A DNA stretch of 63,349 nt, counting the filler, from Moniliella sp. 'wahieum' (Eukaryota), in the NCBI GenBank assembly GCA_003971905.1. It is 3 parts of 3 records of this genome, joined end to end, with 100 filler letters (N's around TTAATTAATTAA, not from the genome) between each part and the next. Parts side by side here need not be neighbours in the genome. Positions count along the whole stretch, not along the records: positions 22,237 to 49,110 come from RSEE01000186.1; positions 49,211 to 63,349 come from RSEE01000202.1; 1 more part is not named here. One strand, 5' to 3'. The first letter of the stretch is position 1; each line of letters begins with the position of its first letter. Of the stretch, positions 48,431 through 61,355 are shown in pieces. Both the position numbers and the translations under genes were made by a program. The notes under the pieces were generated by a model. That model did not search any database. It had not been told where the DNA came from and saw nothing but the letters and a program-made list of their open reading frames with translations.

Positions 48431-49090
48431 AGGTGTGGGTGGGGTGGGTCGGGGTGGGTAGGGTTAGGGGTGGGTGTAACTTCTCAACGGGTGGTCCAAT
48501 CGAGAAACGGAGGCCATATGCTGCATAGAGCGGACGATTTTATAGCGAGCTATCGTCGAGGCCATCGGAGGGTGGGTGGGGGGGTGGTGGGTGGGTAGGG
48601 TTAGGGATGGGGGGGTGTAACTTTTGAACGGGTGGTCCAATGGAAAAACGGAGGCCATATGCTGCAACGACGGACGATTTCGTAGCGAGCTATCGTCGAG
48701 GCCATCGGAGGTGGGTGTTGTGGGTCGGGGTGGGTAGGGTTAGGGATGGGTGTAACTTCTCAACGGTGCGTCGGATGGCGAATCTGAGGCCATATGCTGC
48801 ATAGAGCGGACGATTTCGTAGCGAGCTATCGTCGAGGCCATCGGGGGGTGTGTCAGGCATGGTGGTGTGTCGGGGGGTGTCAGGCATGGTGGTGGGTGAG
48901 GGGGGGAGGGTTAGGGTGGGGTGGGTGAGGGGGGTAGGTTAGGGTGGGGTGGGTGTAACTTTTGAACGGGGCGTCGGATGGGAAAACGGAGGTCATATGC
49001 TGCATAGAGCGGACGATTTCGTAGCGAGCTATCGCCTCGGCATAACTCTCTCCCCTTCGGGTAGCTCGCTATCTACCCTCGGCCCTCCCC
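48431..49090 (+). repeat. Telomere-associated sequence (TAS): four ~135-200-bp units
   Basis: Units are anchored at gtaactt (48476, 48617, 48752, 48955). Each has a G-rich GGTTAGGG spacer and the core catatgctgca...cggacgattt..tagcgagctatcg. Confidence 0.9.
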
Positions 49091-49110
49091 TAGGGTTAGG
49101 GTTAGGGTTT
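49091..49110 (+). repeat. Telomere (TTAGGG)n, end of contig B
   Basis: tagggttagggttagggttt immediately before the linker. Confidence 0.92.
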
Positions 49111-49210
49111 NNNNNNNNNNNNNNNNNNNNNNNNNNNNNNNNNNNNNNNNNNNNTTAATTAATTAANNNNNNNNNNNNNNNNNNNNNNNNNNNNNNNNNN
49201 NNNNNNNNNN
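49111..49210. other. Artificial contig linker N44-TTAATTAATTAA-N44
   Basis: Identical to the 22137-22236 linker. Confidence 0.98.
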
Positions 49211-50613
49211 TCTTCTCGAAGGAGCGTGTGGAGAGGGACAAAGAAAGCTTGGGAAGGAGGAACGCCTGTGTTTGTAGAATGAAATCGAAAGGACTGAACC
49301 CTATTTCCGTGATGCACTTAGCATGGCCGTGGCCTTACCCCAACTTGAGTGCCTGAATTCAATGAGAACATGATGGGGTTTGTTTTTTTCGTGTTGCACT
49401 GTTGGACAAAAACAGCCAGCGCAGTCAGGCACAGAATATACATCTCCGGCATTCAGCGCATGCATTGGCTGGGCTCCTAGTAATTAGATCGTGGGTCAGG
49501 CTTAAATTTAAGCTCAAGGGCTAGAAGCCGTTGATACATCCAACTGTCCTTGAATTATGTGGTGCCGCGAGCCATGGGTGCATGATATACCGAGCCAGAA
49601 GAGCTTCCCTGAAGCCTCAGCCTGACCGTTCGTTTAAAAACGCACCACACATTGAACGGGACGTTTTGATCGTAAACCATCATTAGCATTGGCGCTCAGG
49701 CTGAGCCGTGAGCGTAAGAACGACGAGGGCATGAGTGTCTTGATTGAGTCACCACGGATGGCGGACCCGATCGTTATAAGCCTGGGTTCTGAGACTTCAG
49801 GCCCTTCAGGCCCCAGATTCAGATCAGATCTCCATCTCCGACAGGGCACCAAGCCCTCTTCGAAATGAGAGCTTGGCAACTGAAACTTGGAGCTCTAATA
49901 GTCGCTTCATCGATGCTCGTGGATGATGCTAAGGTCTGAGGTTCGCCAGGTCTCGCCTAACCGAATGCTGCAATGGCCAACAGGACAACGCTACGCGTTC
50001 TATCGGACCTGCCACGACGCGCTTTTTTGGTAGTGGATTCTTCAAGCTTCGAACTTCATCGTTTTGGTACGACGAAAAACATGCTATAGTATTGTTGGGG
50101 TAACATGCAACAGCGGTGTGTTCTGAGGCTCTTGTGGCTCTATAGTTACCAAGTGCTCTGTATCCTGTGCTTGGAGCTTGAGGCCATCCCACCCTCAGTG
50201 CATCCCCCCGGAACAGGAGGGTGTGGGATGCGGACCAGCTATGGCATTGACGGGGTGATGCAGCGGTGGCTGGTGCAGTAGGAAACAAGCCAGCTCTGGA
50301 ATCTTCCAGATGTGGATATGGGTTCTCGTCGCCGCGTAGCCATCGAATATCGACCATCGCCCGCCCTGAAACATCCTCTCATCGATCTCATCGCACGTGT
50401 CACATGTCACATGCCAGGCTCAGGGCGCTCAGCGCTCAGGGCCGATGCAGGCCGACACGAGTTAAGTTAGTTATGCGTGACGGCGTCGCCTGCATGTCGA
50501 TGCCATCGAATTCAACATGTCAACATGGCAATGCTCGACGAGTACCAGGGACACTTGTTGTCATGACTGTCACTGTCAGACATGCTAACCCCGCCTGTTC
50601 AATGTCTTGCCGG

Positions 50614-50671
50614 GCATCATGCATCATGCATCATGCATCATGCATCATGCACCATGCATCATCTGCATCAT
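50614..50671. repeat. (GCATCAT)n heptamer microsatellite
   Basis: About 8 copies. Confidence 0.9.
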
Positions 50672-53080
50672 TTAACGTTTAACCTTCGCCCACAAACACC
50701 CCCCCCCCCCCCCCCCTAAGGCCTTAGCTAGGCCGCGCTACGGCCTACGCCCAGCCTAAGACCTCATCCGACTGGACTGTTGCACGTTGCGAAACGACGC
50801 GGTGTTAGTGAATAAATCCCCAACACGGACCATCAAATCAGGAGTCGGAGTGACTAGTGATGCATGATGATCGATGATCGCTAGTCATGCGTCGCTGGTC
50901 ACCGGTCATGCATCATGCATCCCACGTTTTGCATTACAGCATCGCATGGGGCAATGTGATCCATGTCACAAAAGTGTCATCGAAGTCATCTCCGGTAGCC
51001 GTCGGCCCCACTCTGCAGCAACATCAGACATTGCATTAACCGTGGCCTCAGGGGGCTAACATGGCTGGACACAATGGCCCGCTTTGCGCATTAGGCACTG
51101 CACTTACATGTTACAAAAGAGTAAGTGGAGGCGGACATCGGCGCGCGCGGAGAGCATCATACGAGCCATACATGTGCCGGAACGTGATATCTACGTGATA
51201 CGTGATATGCGTGATAGTGGGGGTCGACAGAAGCGTGATAGGGGGTGAAGCTTGACGCTTGGAGGCTTTTGGAGCTTTGGAGCTTGAAGCTTTTCGAAGC
51301 TTGAGAGAAAAGGGGAAACAGGTACTAGAGAATCGACAGAGACCACGTCGCCTTAATTCCAACCAAGGGAGGTAGGGCACCAAATTGGGTGACATGTGAC
51401 ACAGCAGTGCCGGTATATGTGGATTGAAGAGGGGGGGGAGAGGGAAACGAACATACATTTCGCTTTATCGGATGCGGTGAACGTGGAACAGAGAACTTTT
51501 GGGTATCTGTCTTCTTCAAGCTTCAGAACGCTACCGAGGCTCAGCGCTCAGTCTGAGCGCTCAGCCTCAGCGCCTCAGCCTCCCACGCTTCCTTTCTTAG
51601 GTCGCTGTGGGGATCGTGGCAATCGCGGCCCAGCGCGATTTGATGCTCTCAAAGGACAGTGGCGTACCTGACGGGAAGGTAGCCTGTGCTATGTGAGCTG
51701 CAGCGCACACACAGCAGCAGCGCCACCAACCTCCTAAACGTTAAATCGAGGTCCTGGCGTTCCTCGTAATCGAGAGGGCGGGGGGAGGTGTGTGATGGAT
51801 GGCGTGTGACGTGGGCGCGATGAGATGATGGGGGTGCTGGGCCCTGCTGGGCGGTGGTTCGGCTGGCCGCTGGGGGAGTTGGGCAGTCGATTGGGGGTTT
51901 GGGCTGCTCTGGGTTGTTTTGGTGGAGGTGTCTTAGACACCCCGCGCGCCACTAACGGCGAGCCGCACTGGCCCGCACGAGGCCCAGCGAGGCAGGGCTA
52001 GGCACTGCCCCAAGTTTACCGGAGGGCGCGCCGGGGGTTAGATCTTACGAGGAGTTACCTATTGCCCCAGCTACCGCTTCGCATTGAACGCCTGGCGGCT
52101 CGAAGGGCCTAGACGCCGCCCAGCGGCTCTGGCCCACACAAGCCCCGTGCACTGTTTTTGAATGCAGCGTGCTGGCTTGCTGGCTGCCCCCGTGCGTGTA
52201 CCTGGGTGTCTGAAACTCTGCGGGGCGCCGTGGGGCACCGTGTCTGGGATGCGCAGTGAGAATCCGCGATTGGCGATCGAGGTTCCATCCACCCCACCGA
52301 ACAGGCCCGAGGGCGACACTGGCGCGTGCGGACCCCGCGTGGCCTGGCGAGTGGGCGCGGGGCCACGCCCGCACCAAGTTTGGCGTTCGTGCAGCACGAC
52401 GGGGCAAGAGACATGCCCGCCCCCACACTGCCCGCGTGCCCGCCCCGATCGGCCGCCAGTGCGTTTGGCGGCCCACTGCGTGCTGGCACTGTGCTGGCAC
52501 TGTGCTTCTGCAGGTACTCGACTGGTACTATACGGCAAGTACACGGTGCTGTGCTGGGTGCGGATGCGGGCAGTGCCCTGGCGAGTGACATGTGGCATGC
52601 CGACCAGCTCTGCTGTCCACAGGCGTTCGAGCAGCCCCAGCCCAGCCCAGCCCAGCATGCTGACGCACAGCGGCACAGCGGCACAGCGCCCGCCGTGCCA
52701 TCGGCGCATCTGCCACCAAAGCAACCGAGGCAAGTGCGACGCACCCGCATCACCGACATGCGCCGTACCTGTCCGCCTGTCTGCGGTCTGCTGCCTGGCT
52801 GCCTGAACATTCAGTGTCTCTCCGTGGGAACTCTTTCGCCGGCACTGCTCCTGCACCTGCTGCCCCCCGCCTGCGCCGGCGCGACAAGCCCCCGAAACAT
52901 GCTATGCTATGTGCATGTCCGTACTATGTTTGCGCGCTCGCATAAATAGCACCCCCTCTCCCAGTGTCCTCGGCCTCCTGTTCCCCGCCCACCCGACACC
53001 ACACTCCCCTCTCTCCCCCGCTCGCCGTCCCTGCCCCCACCCCCCCTCCCCCTCCCACTTGCGTACCGCCATCTGCAGCA

Positions 53081-55120
53081 ATGGTGTACGAAAAGAAACT
53101 CCTTGCGCAGGACCTGCAAGCCGGCAACGCCGCGACCAAGACCGACGACGCCAACCTGGATGACGAGGATGGCTTTGATGAAGACTCCGCCACCCGCATG
53201 ACCTCGGCCCAGTTTGCTCGAGCAAATCCAAATCCGTCAGGCCCGGGCGAATGAAGAGTTGGCCAACGAATCGTTCCTCGACAAACTGATGTTCTCCAGC
53301 CTCCCGTTGCACATCCAACCCCGTATGATGGTTGTGTTCCTCGGCTTGTTCGCTGCCTTCAGTGGTATCCTCAGTGGTTTTGACCAATCCATCATCTCCG
53401 GCGCCACTCACGGCATCCAACACTACTTTACCCACGGAGACAACCCGCCCTGGCACTACGACCCGCAAAACCCGGCTCCCTCGACCCCCACAGTTCGTCA
53501 CAATGGAGTTTGGTTTCCAGTCTTATGCCTCTTGGTGCCATGGCCGGCTCGTTCGCTATCACCCCGCTTCATCATGTCTTTGGCCGCCGCGGTTCGATCA
53601 TCATCTCGTGTTTGTGGTACACCCTCGGCGCTGGTCTCTGTGCCGGTACCCACTCGGTCGGTATGCTCTACGCTGGTCGTTTCATCCTCTCGGTATTGCG
53701 TAGGCATTGAAGGTGGCAGTGTCGGCGTGTACATTGGCGAATCTGTACCAAAGGAGGTGCGCGGCAACCTGGTGTCCATTTACCAGTTCATGATTGCCTT
53801 TGGCGAAGTGCTGGGCTACGCTTGCGGCGGTATCTTTTTCGATGTCCACTCTGGCTCGTGGCGGTACATGCTCGGCAGTTCGGTACTCTTCTCTACCATC
53901 CTTCTTGTCGGGCTGCTGTTTATGCCGGAATCCCCTCGTTGGCTCAACTCGAAAGGCCGCAACGGCCGCGCCTTCCGTGTCTGGTCCATCCTCCGCGACT
54001 TGGACAACCCAGAATCGATGGTGGAGTGGATGGTAATGGAGCACACCTCCGCCGTTGAGGCTGACCGCGCCCACGAAAAGTGGCACGAACGCTTCCTCGA
54101 GCTCTTCATTCTGCCCCGCAACCGGCGTGCTTTGATTTACGGTTCGATCATGATCTTCTTGGGTCAGATGACGGGTATGTATGACTTTTCCTCCCGCCGC
54201 TTTACCTTCGACTGCTATATTTTGTTTTGTTTCAGCTGCTAACGAGTACATTGTCTCATCTCCCCTTTGCAGGTATCAACGCTATCATGTACAACATGTC
54301 CAGCCTCATGTCGGCCATCAACTTCGATGCGAAAAAGTCGGTGCTTAGTCCATGGTCGGCGGTGGATCGCTCTGGCTCGGCACTATTCCCGCTGTGCTCT
54401 ACATGGACAGGTTCGGTCGGCGTGTGTGGGCGCAAAATATCGTTGGGTTCATTATTGGTCTCGTTCTTGTCGGCGTTGGGTACCTCTTTTCCCCTGCTTC
54501 CAAGTCCCAGGAATACTTTGACGCCCACCGTGCCACTGCGCTTGGCCTTTTCTTCACCGGTCTCATTCTCTACATGGGCTTCTTTGGCACCTACTCTTGC
54601 TTGACTTGGTCGTCCCTGCCGAGAGCTTTGCCCTGCGTACTCGGTCTCAGGGCATGGCCATTTGCAGCGCTGCCCTCTATCTCTGGAGTTTCATTGTCAC
54701 CTACAACTTTGACCGCATGGTCAATGCTATGAGTGCGTATCTCCTCCCTCTCCCTTTATTCCCTTGTACCAGGATCCAGGTAACTAACATCATGCCCCTC
54801 TTTGCCTGTTTTGCACGAACTCTCTAGCCTACACCGGTTTGACCATTGGCTTCTTTGGTGGTTTGGCCATCGTCGGCTTCTTCTACCAGCTCTTCTTTAT
54901 GCCCGAAACGAGCGGCAAGACCTTGGAGGAGATTGACGCACTGTTTGAAATGCCGACGCGGAAACTGGTTGCGCTCAACATGCGCAATCTCGGCCAGACC
55001 TTCCCTCGTGTGTTTGGTCGCCTGCCTCAAATCGAGCCCCAAGCCGAGCTGGCACCAGCCATCGACGCCATCTCCCCGACATCGGAGCAAACCACCCCTA
55101 CAAAAGAAATCGAACACTAG
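53081..55120 (+). CDS. FSY1: MFS sugar porter, Fsy1/Frt1-like fructose:H+ symporter
   Basis: SGFDQSIISGA, VSSLMPLGAMAGS, ISCLWYTLGAGLCAG, VGIEGGSVGVYIGESVP, RNRRALIYGSIMIFLGQMTG|IN, VGGGSLWLGTIPAVLYMDRFGRRVW, LYLWSFIVTYNF, MPETSGKTLEEID. Introns 54175-54272 and 54733-54827; CATAAATA box at 52941. Confidence 0.85.
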
Positions 55121-55939
55121 ATTTCTTTCTGTGTTCCACCAGGCTCGATGCAATAGGTCGTTGCGGAGGGGGGAGGGGGCAAGGAGGAGGGCAAATGTGA
55201 ATATGTGCCTCAACCATGCCCCCAGGCCTTTCTTACCAAGACTCCGAGCAGTCCTCACTGTGGCTTTGCCAGCGAGAGATGAACACCATCCTATGATGCG
55301 CCCCCCCCTCTGCTCCCCTCTCGTCTCGTGTTCCTGGTTCACTCATACCTTGTTCCCTTCTGAGGCTTCATCCTCTTTCCTCTCCCTCTGTACTTCTCCC
55401 GAAGCCAGCCTGGCTGATGATGAAATGGTGTATACGCATTTCGCTACGCGCAGCAGCCGAAGGAATATAGCTTCGGGCCGATCGAAGAGTCACAGTCCCC
55501 ATTTGGCCATCTGTGGGTCGGGAACAGGAAACTACTAAGGTCGATGAGCACTTGGGCCTCTGTGATCAAATTGATCGGTTGACACTGCCAGTGGGCAGTG
55601 TCACTGGTTGTCTGGTCTCGCCTTTGGATTCTGGCGAGTCTCTCCTCTCGCTCGTTCCCTGTTCTTGGGCAAGGGGTATAGTATAGCGAGTAGGAAGGCG
55701 ACCACTGCAGCGTCTGCGCCCCGCCGTGCCATTTCATAATGCGAACTCGGCGACTTATAGTTGTCTCACCCCGCTTTTGGCGTCGTCTTTACTAATGGCA
55801 CACATCCAACACCTGTGTCGTTATATTTGTTGTTGCGGCCTATCCCTAGTAGCTTCTTCAAGCTTCATCTCCTACAAGCATGTAGAAGACCAGTGAACAG
55901 GCCGTGATGGTGTATTGCATTGCACAGGAGCTACAGAGA

Positions 55940-57270
55940 CTAGAGAACATTCCTGCCCGCCAGGAAGGAATTTTGCAAGGAACTATGACCCCAAGGTTCC
56001 GGGCTTGGGCTAACCGGCGCCACTGTGCGGCGCATTAAGTCGCGGTCACGCAGCGGCTCCAAGATTTTGCATCCCAGGCTCTTGGTGTGGAGGTCGGAGA
56101 CGTTGTCCACACTTTTGATGGACACAGGCGCGACAATACCCGCTCGGTTGCTCTACGTATATAGTGGTAGGGCGAGTTGTCGGCGGCAGCACACTCCCAG
56201 ACCCCCCGGTCTTCCAGTTCTTCACCTCGCGTCCTGGAACGCCTGCTTTCACTCGCTTGCATCCGCACCTCGTCATGCCTCATGAGTGTTGCAGGCTCCA
56301 CCCACAGAGGGGGAACATCCCTACCATTGCCCCCACCATTTCCCACCGCGGCCGCGGCAGGCTTAACCAGACTGACGCGACGAGGCAGTCGACGCCAACT
56401 TCGTGTTGTTGCTGCGAGAAGGACTCGGTACGCCTCACTAGGCGCAGCCCTCGGTCTTGTGCGTCTTGCGCCCGCATTTGCCGCTTGCCGTACGTGCAGG
56501 AATGAATTTGATGCGTTCGGTCAGATCCTCCCACGTCACGCCATCGATTTCAGCTTTCCGCGGGAGAGTGACAGGTAAGATGCTTTTCCTAGACCGTTGA
56601 TCAGGAACATGTTGCGAACAGAGGGAGGAAGGTCTGCGCCTGTATAAATCTCGTAGCGGCCGCGCCACGCGTCAAACAGTCGAATGTACTCCGCACCACT
56701 TTTGTCGCCACGCATAGGCGCAGGGTCGTTACGCAGAAGCGTCCATGGATCCTGAGAAATGCGTGTCCGCTTGAAATAGCTCCATATCGTGGACGCCAAC
56801 AGAGGTCCAGAGATACCGTCTTTCAGGGCCCGACGAGGGCACGTGGGACCGTCCCTGTCCAACGTGGTGACCAGGAACTGCCCCAGGTCAAGGTCAGCCT
56901 CATAATTGTATCCAGTCTGAGAGCTTGCATTGTCCAACAGGAGCACATTCGTCTTGATTCTGTTATCCAGGATTCGCTCTACAGCTCGGAAGAAGTCTTG
57001 CATATACGACGACCACGAACGATAGGATGCAGCTTTTGCTGTGAGCTTGGGTAGATTTGACCAGCCACCACTGCGCTTCAAAGCAGTTTCAATCGCGGCG
57101 TTGACCGTAGGAAGCGACTTTGTCGTACGGCAGAAGCCAATGGTGTCACGATACCGAGGTGCGCCGCTCTCTTCCTAGCCGCCACGATCAGAGCCATCAC
57201 CATATTGCCGGGCACAACCGTGCACGCCAAGGCGATGATATCGTTCATCTCGGGCAGAATGCATGACATT
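55940..57270 (-). mobile_element. Internally deleted Ty1/copia remnant (Gag plus RNaseH C-terminal tail)
   Basis: Gag-like LPKLTAKAASYRSWSSYMQDFF..AEYIRLFDAW..MFLINGL. RNaseH end YHYIRRA..SIKSVDNVSDLHTKSLG. A PPT-like GGCGGGCAGGAA is followed by TGTT at about 55949. Confidence 0.65.
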
Positions 57271-57623
57271 GGGCCAAGTTCTCAACATGTTGGTCCATCC
57301 TGATGTAGTGGAGACGCGGCCCGGTATGCCGGTCCTGCAGCGGCGGTTGCGCCGCCAATAACCGTGGCTGACCCATCCGACTCGGTGTCAGACTCCGGTT
57401 GGGAGGTATGCACATCGTGATAGGCAGCATCCGAATGGAGTGCGGGGACACGGTCCGGGTCCGGCAAAAGGGAGGAGGCGCCGGTTTGCGCGGCGCTCGG
57501 CGAAGGTGCGGCGTTAGTTCTCATAGTAGCGTTACCCGACAAGGAGTTTCCTGCTCTTGGTGCATGCGGCGTGGCGGTAATGGCCGTTTGGGTTGATGTG
57601 AGCTGGTCCTTGAGAACGAGTGT

Positions 57624-58579
57624 TCATAGACCGGCGCTGAGACGGAAAGAATTGGGCTGTGTCTGAGGGGCGCGGCCTGAGCGCGGGGTCGCGGGCGTGC
57701 GGTTCCTGTTGTTCCGTCTTCTGCGGCGGCGGCCGGTGGACCGGGTGGTAACCAGGGTGGCAGCCGGAGCCGGAGCGGCTTCGCGCGCGGCAGCGGGGAT
57801 GAGACGGCGCAAGACGTTGTACCACTCGTCCCAGCCGTAAGTCTGGGCTTCGACGAGTCGGATCCGGAATTGGTCGGGCACGCATGCCGTCGCCTGCTCC
57901 ATGAGGGTGTCGTCATATGCCGGCGCGCCGCCGAGGGTCTCGCGATTCTTGAAGACCTCGGCCGGAAGCAGAGCAAGGGACGTCAGGTTCCGATAGTGCT
58001 GGCCTCCGAGGATGCTGGCCTTGAGTTCTCTGCGACGCTGGGGAAGGTCAGCGCTTTCTTCCAGCGCGGCGACGTATTGAGGCCAGGAGTCGGAACCTTG
58101 GCACGAGATGAGGGCGACCTGGGCCCACGGGATCGACTCGGGCACCAACGTGGCACCGTAGTGACACACTCGGCTCGAGTTCATGTCCATGCCTCTGTCC
58201 GTACAGAAACGCTCGAAGTTGAGCAGCCAACGGGGAAGATCCAAGGGTTCGGATGGGAATTCTTGTCGAAATTCTGTAGGTCCGAATTGCGACTCGTTGG
58301 ATCCTGAGGTGTGTTGGGCTGTACCCGGGATGGGGTCGGAGGTCCGGCTGAGCCGCCGGCGGCGCCAGTTGCGGTAGCATGGCGAAGCGCGCGCAAGAGC
58401 GCCCTCGTGGCTAGAAGGATGCCAGCGTCGCTAGGATCGTACTCGAGCAGCGGCTTCTGCGAGAGCCTGAAGACAGAGCATTCTTGCTGAGACCGGCCGC
58501 GGACGGAATGCCGGCGGCCGTGGCGATGGAGCGTAGTGACTCTACGGGCGTGCCAGTAGTAATACTCGGACATGGACAT
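57624..58579 (-). CDS. Retrotransposon Gag/capsid-like protein (Ty3/gypsy-like) with an N-terminal HEH/Rho-N-like motif
   Basis: TPVESLRSIATAAGIPSAAGLSKNAL-FRL (helix-extension-helix pattern); DLPRWLLNFERFC..SDSWPQYVAALEE (capsid-like); Arg-rich RRRRRRNNRNR tail. Confidence 0.5.
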
Positions 58580-59084
58580 CCTGTCGGGGCAGCGGGAAGG
58601 AATGGGGAGCGAGAGGGAGAAAGCGGGATAGAGGAGCGAGGGTAGTCGAAAGGGTTCGTTCCACTCAGTAACTCTTGCGTCGTCGACTTGACACTCGCAG
58701 CACACTCGCTGTGCAAGTACTAGTGAGCAGCAGACAAGACGATCAGCGCGGTCAGGAGGGATTGAGTGGAGCGAAGAGGATGGGGGCGGTGGTCGGAAGG
58801 ACAGGATGGGAGGCCGCGGGCTGCCTGCTGCGCCCGGTGCCCTGAGGCGCACTGCGACAGCCTGGGCAAGCTATCTATCCACGTCACCGGTCACCGCAAG
58901 ATCATCGGCATGATCGTCGGTAGGGTTGCCTGGATTTGAAAGTGGCAACTGGCGGTGTGGAATGCCGTCCCACAGCATGCCGCTGTGCCTAGCTGAGCTG
59001 GATTCGTGCCTGTGCGGCGCACCTCCTTCGCCTCGCCTCGCCTCCTCTCCATCTCCCTCCCATCCTCGACCCCCCCCCCCCCTC

Positions 59085-60805
59085 ATGGACAGCCCTGGCG
59101 ACGTAGGGCACGCGCAGGAGGATGGGAAGGACGTGTTGCGTGTGCTGACGCTCAACGTGTGGGGCCTGCCCGAGCCGCTGTCCAAGAAGAAGCAGCTGCG
59201 TCTCGACGCCATCGCCCAGCGCCTCGTGACCAGCACGCCGGCGTATGACCTGGTTGCGCTCGAGGAGCTGTGGGTGTCGCACGTCGACTACATTGCGCTG
59301 CAGCTTGCCCTTGCCCCCCGTTTCCCATGGAGCAAGTTCTTCTACGGCGGTGCCTTTGGCATGGGCCTCGCCCTCTTCTCCCGCTTCCCCCATTGTCCGC
59401 ACCAAGTCCATCTCGTATGACTACAACGGCCTCCCTGTCGCCGTGGCCAAGGGCGACTGGATCGTTGGAAAGGGCGTGGGAGTCGCTACGATTGCTGTGC
59501 CTGCCCTGCCCCGCGGGTTGGATGTGTTCCTCACCCACACTGTAGCTGCCGGTGGAGAACAGGGGCCCGAGTGGACACGTTGTCCACGCATCACCCAACC
59601 TGGCAGCTGGCCCAGTGGGGCGCGAAAGCGCCCAGCAAGGCCGCCATGTCTTGCTCGTACGTTCCCCTCCACCTCACCTTCATCCCCTACCCTAACGTTG
59701 TCTTGCTTGCCAGATGGGCGACTTTAATTGCACGCCCGCCTCGCTGTCTGCCCGCCTGCTGCGCGACGTTGGCGGGCTGACCGACGTTTACCTCGCCACC
59801 CACCCAGATCTGGGCGAGATGCAAATGTCTCTTGCCGCCGCGCGTGACGAAGTGGAGAGGGCAGTCCCGAGGGAAAGGACGGTAGGGACGCCCCCTTGCC
59901 CGATCCTCATCGTGGTATCGCCGAGCTAGGCATAACGTGTGACTCGCCGCTCAACACTTGGTCAGCAGGCAAGAAGCTCGATGGGAACGCGCTCCGCGGG
60001 GCAGGAAAACGCCTGGATTACATTTACTACACTCCTCCACGTTTCGTCGACGACGTTTGGACCCCCACCCTTTCCGCTCCGACCTCAACCTCCCCTTTGG
60101 CTCAACCAGCGAGGGGAGAGATGACCCCACTTTCTTGCCGTGTCGCCTTTACTGAACTCATCCCGCAGCACAACATCAGCTACTCTGACCATTTCGGCCT
60201 GGAGGCGACCTTCCTCCTCGCTCACCCCTCCCACGCCCCTACGGCCACCGCATCCCTGGCTGCACCTACGGATCCAGAGCAGGGGCAGGACGTAGACCTG
60301 TCAGAGGGAAAGAGGGCCCGCGCGGTCGAGTGCCTGGACGCGGCTGTCTCCGCGTTGGTCCAAGGGCAAGCACAAGCAGAGCGCAACCAGCGGTTCTGGC
60401 TTGGCGCGTTCCTCACCATAGTGGTGTTGGCTGTGGGCCTGTGCATTGGTGCGGGGTTCCAGCCGCAGCGGGGGTGGGGGCTGTGTTTGCTTTTTTCTCT
60501 GTTGCTGCCGGGTTTGGCGGGACAACCATGTTATACACCGGCTCATCTGGGGCCAGTGGAAAAACGTGGGTGTACTCTCTGCGCAGTCTATGTCTATGCA
60601 CAACAGAGCCCACTGACGAACTTGTTTTCTTTTGTCTCTTGTGCTCTCGCTTTCTCCTACAGGCATCTACCACACCATGCGCGAATCCATGCAGGAGGAA
60701 CTGCGATGCCTCCATCACCTCTCTACCCGCGCATCTACCGTACCTCCCGTTATCACCCCTGCCGTACCTGCTCGCACCAATCCCGCTTCCACCACTGCCC
60801 TGTAA
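59085..60805 (+). CDS. ISC1: Inositol phosphosphingolipid phospholipase C (neutral sphingomyelinase family)
   Basis: LRVLTLNVWGL, YDLVALEELWV, GLALFSRFP, NGLPVAVAKGDWIVGKG, |MGDFN, GITCDSPLNTW, GKRLDYIYY, SYSDHFGLEATF, two C-terminal TM helices; two introns. Confidence 0.92.
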
Positions 60806-61355
60806 CCGGGAACGTCCGCTATTTTTTCTCCTCAGCCCACTTCTTCCCCTCAAGCTCTTTTGCTCTGCATTCTGCATACCAATGATCCACCCCCCACTTC
60901 CCTCCCCGGCCTCATATAACCCCACACTAATTCCAAACCCCCCGTTGGCATGACCGATTTCTTTATGTTTCTGTTCTTTGTGTGCCGGTACCTCAGTTCT
61001 CTTCATGTTTGCTGACATGCCCCCCGATAAAACCAAAAAAGTCGATTTACCTCGAGTCAATGCCAAGAGGTGCCACGGTGCTACCTGGCAATACGAGTAT
61101 AGGGCAGAGAGAAAGCGACCGAGAAGAAGATGGGGCCGAATCGCCTTGGGGATGCGAATGAGCGTGGTAGACATTATCTCTGGGCCATAGAAGTCCGCCC
61201 TGCCCTCCTCAATTCCGCCCACGACGTGGAGCCGTGGGACGGTCGGTCCGCGGCCAGGCAATTGGCTTCGAATATATTCAGCTGGCAGCCGGGACTGCTT
61301 GCTCGGTTTGCCTTGCTGCCTCTCCGCACCGCGCGTGGACGGCCAGGCAGATTCG

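Noticed and set aside
49211..52900. ORFs of 60-260 aa at the start of contig C
   Set aside because: GC-rich shadow ORFs with no motifs or codon bias; treated as intergenic or FSY1 upstream DNA.
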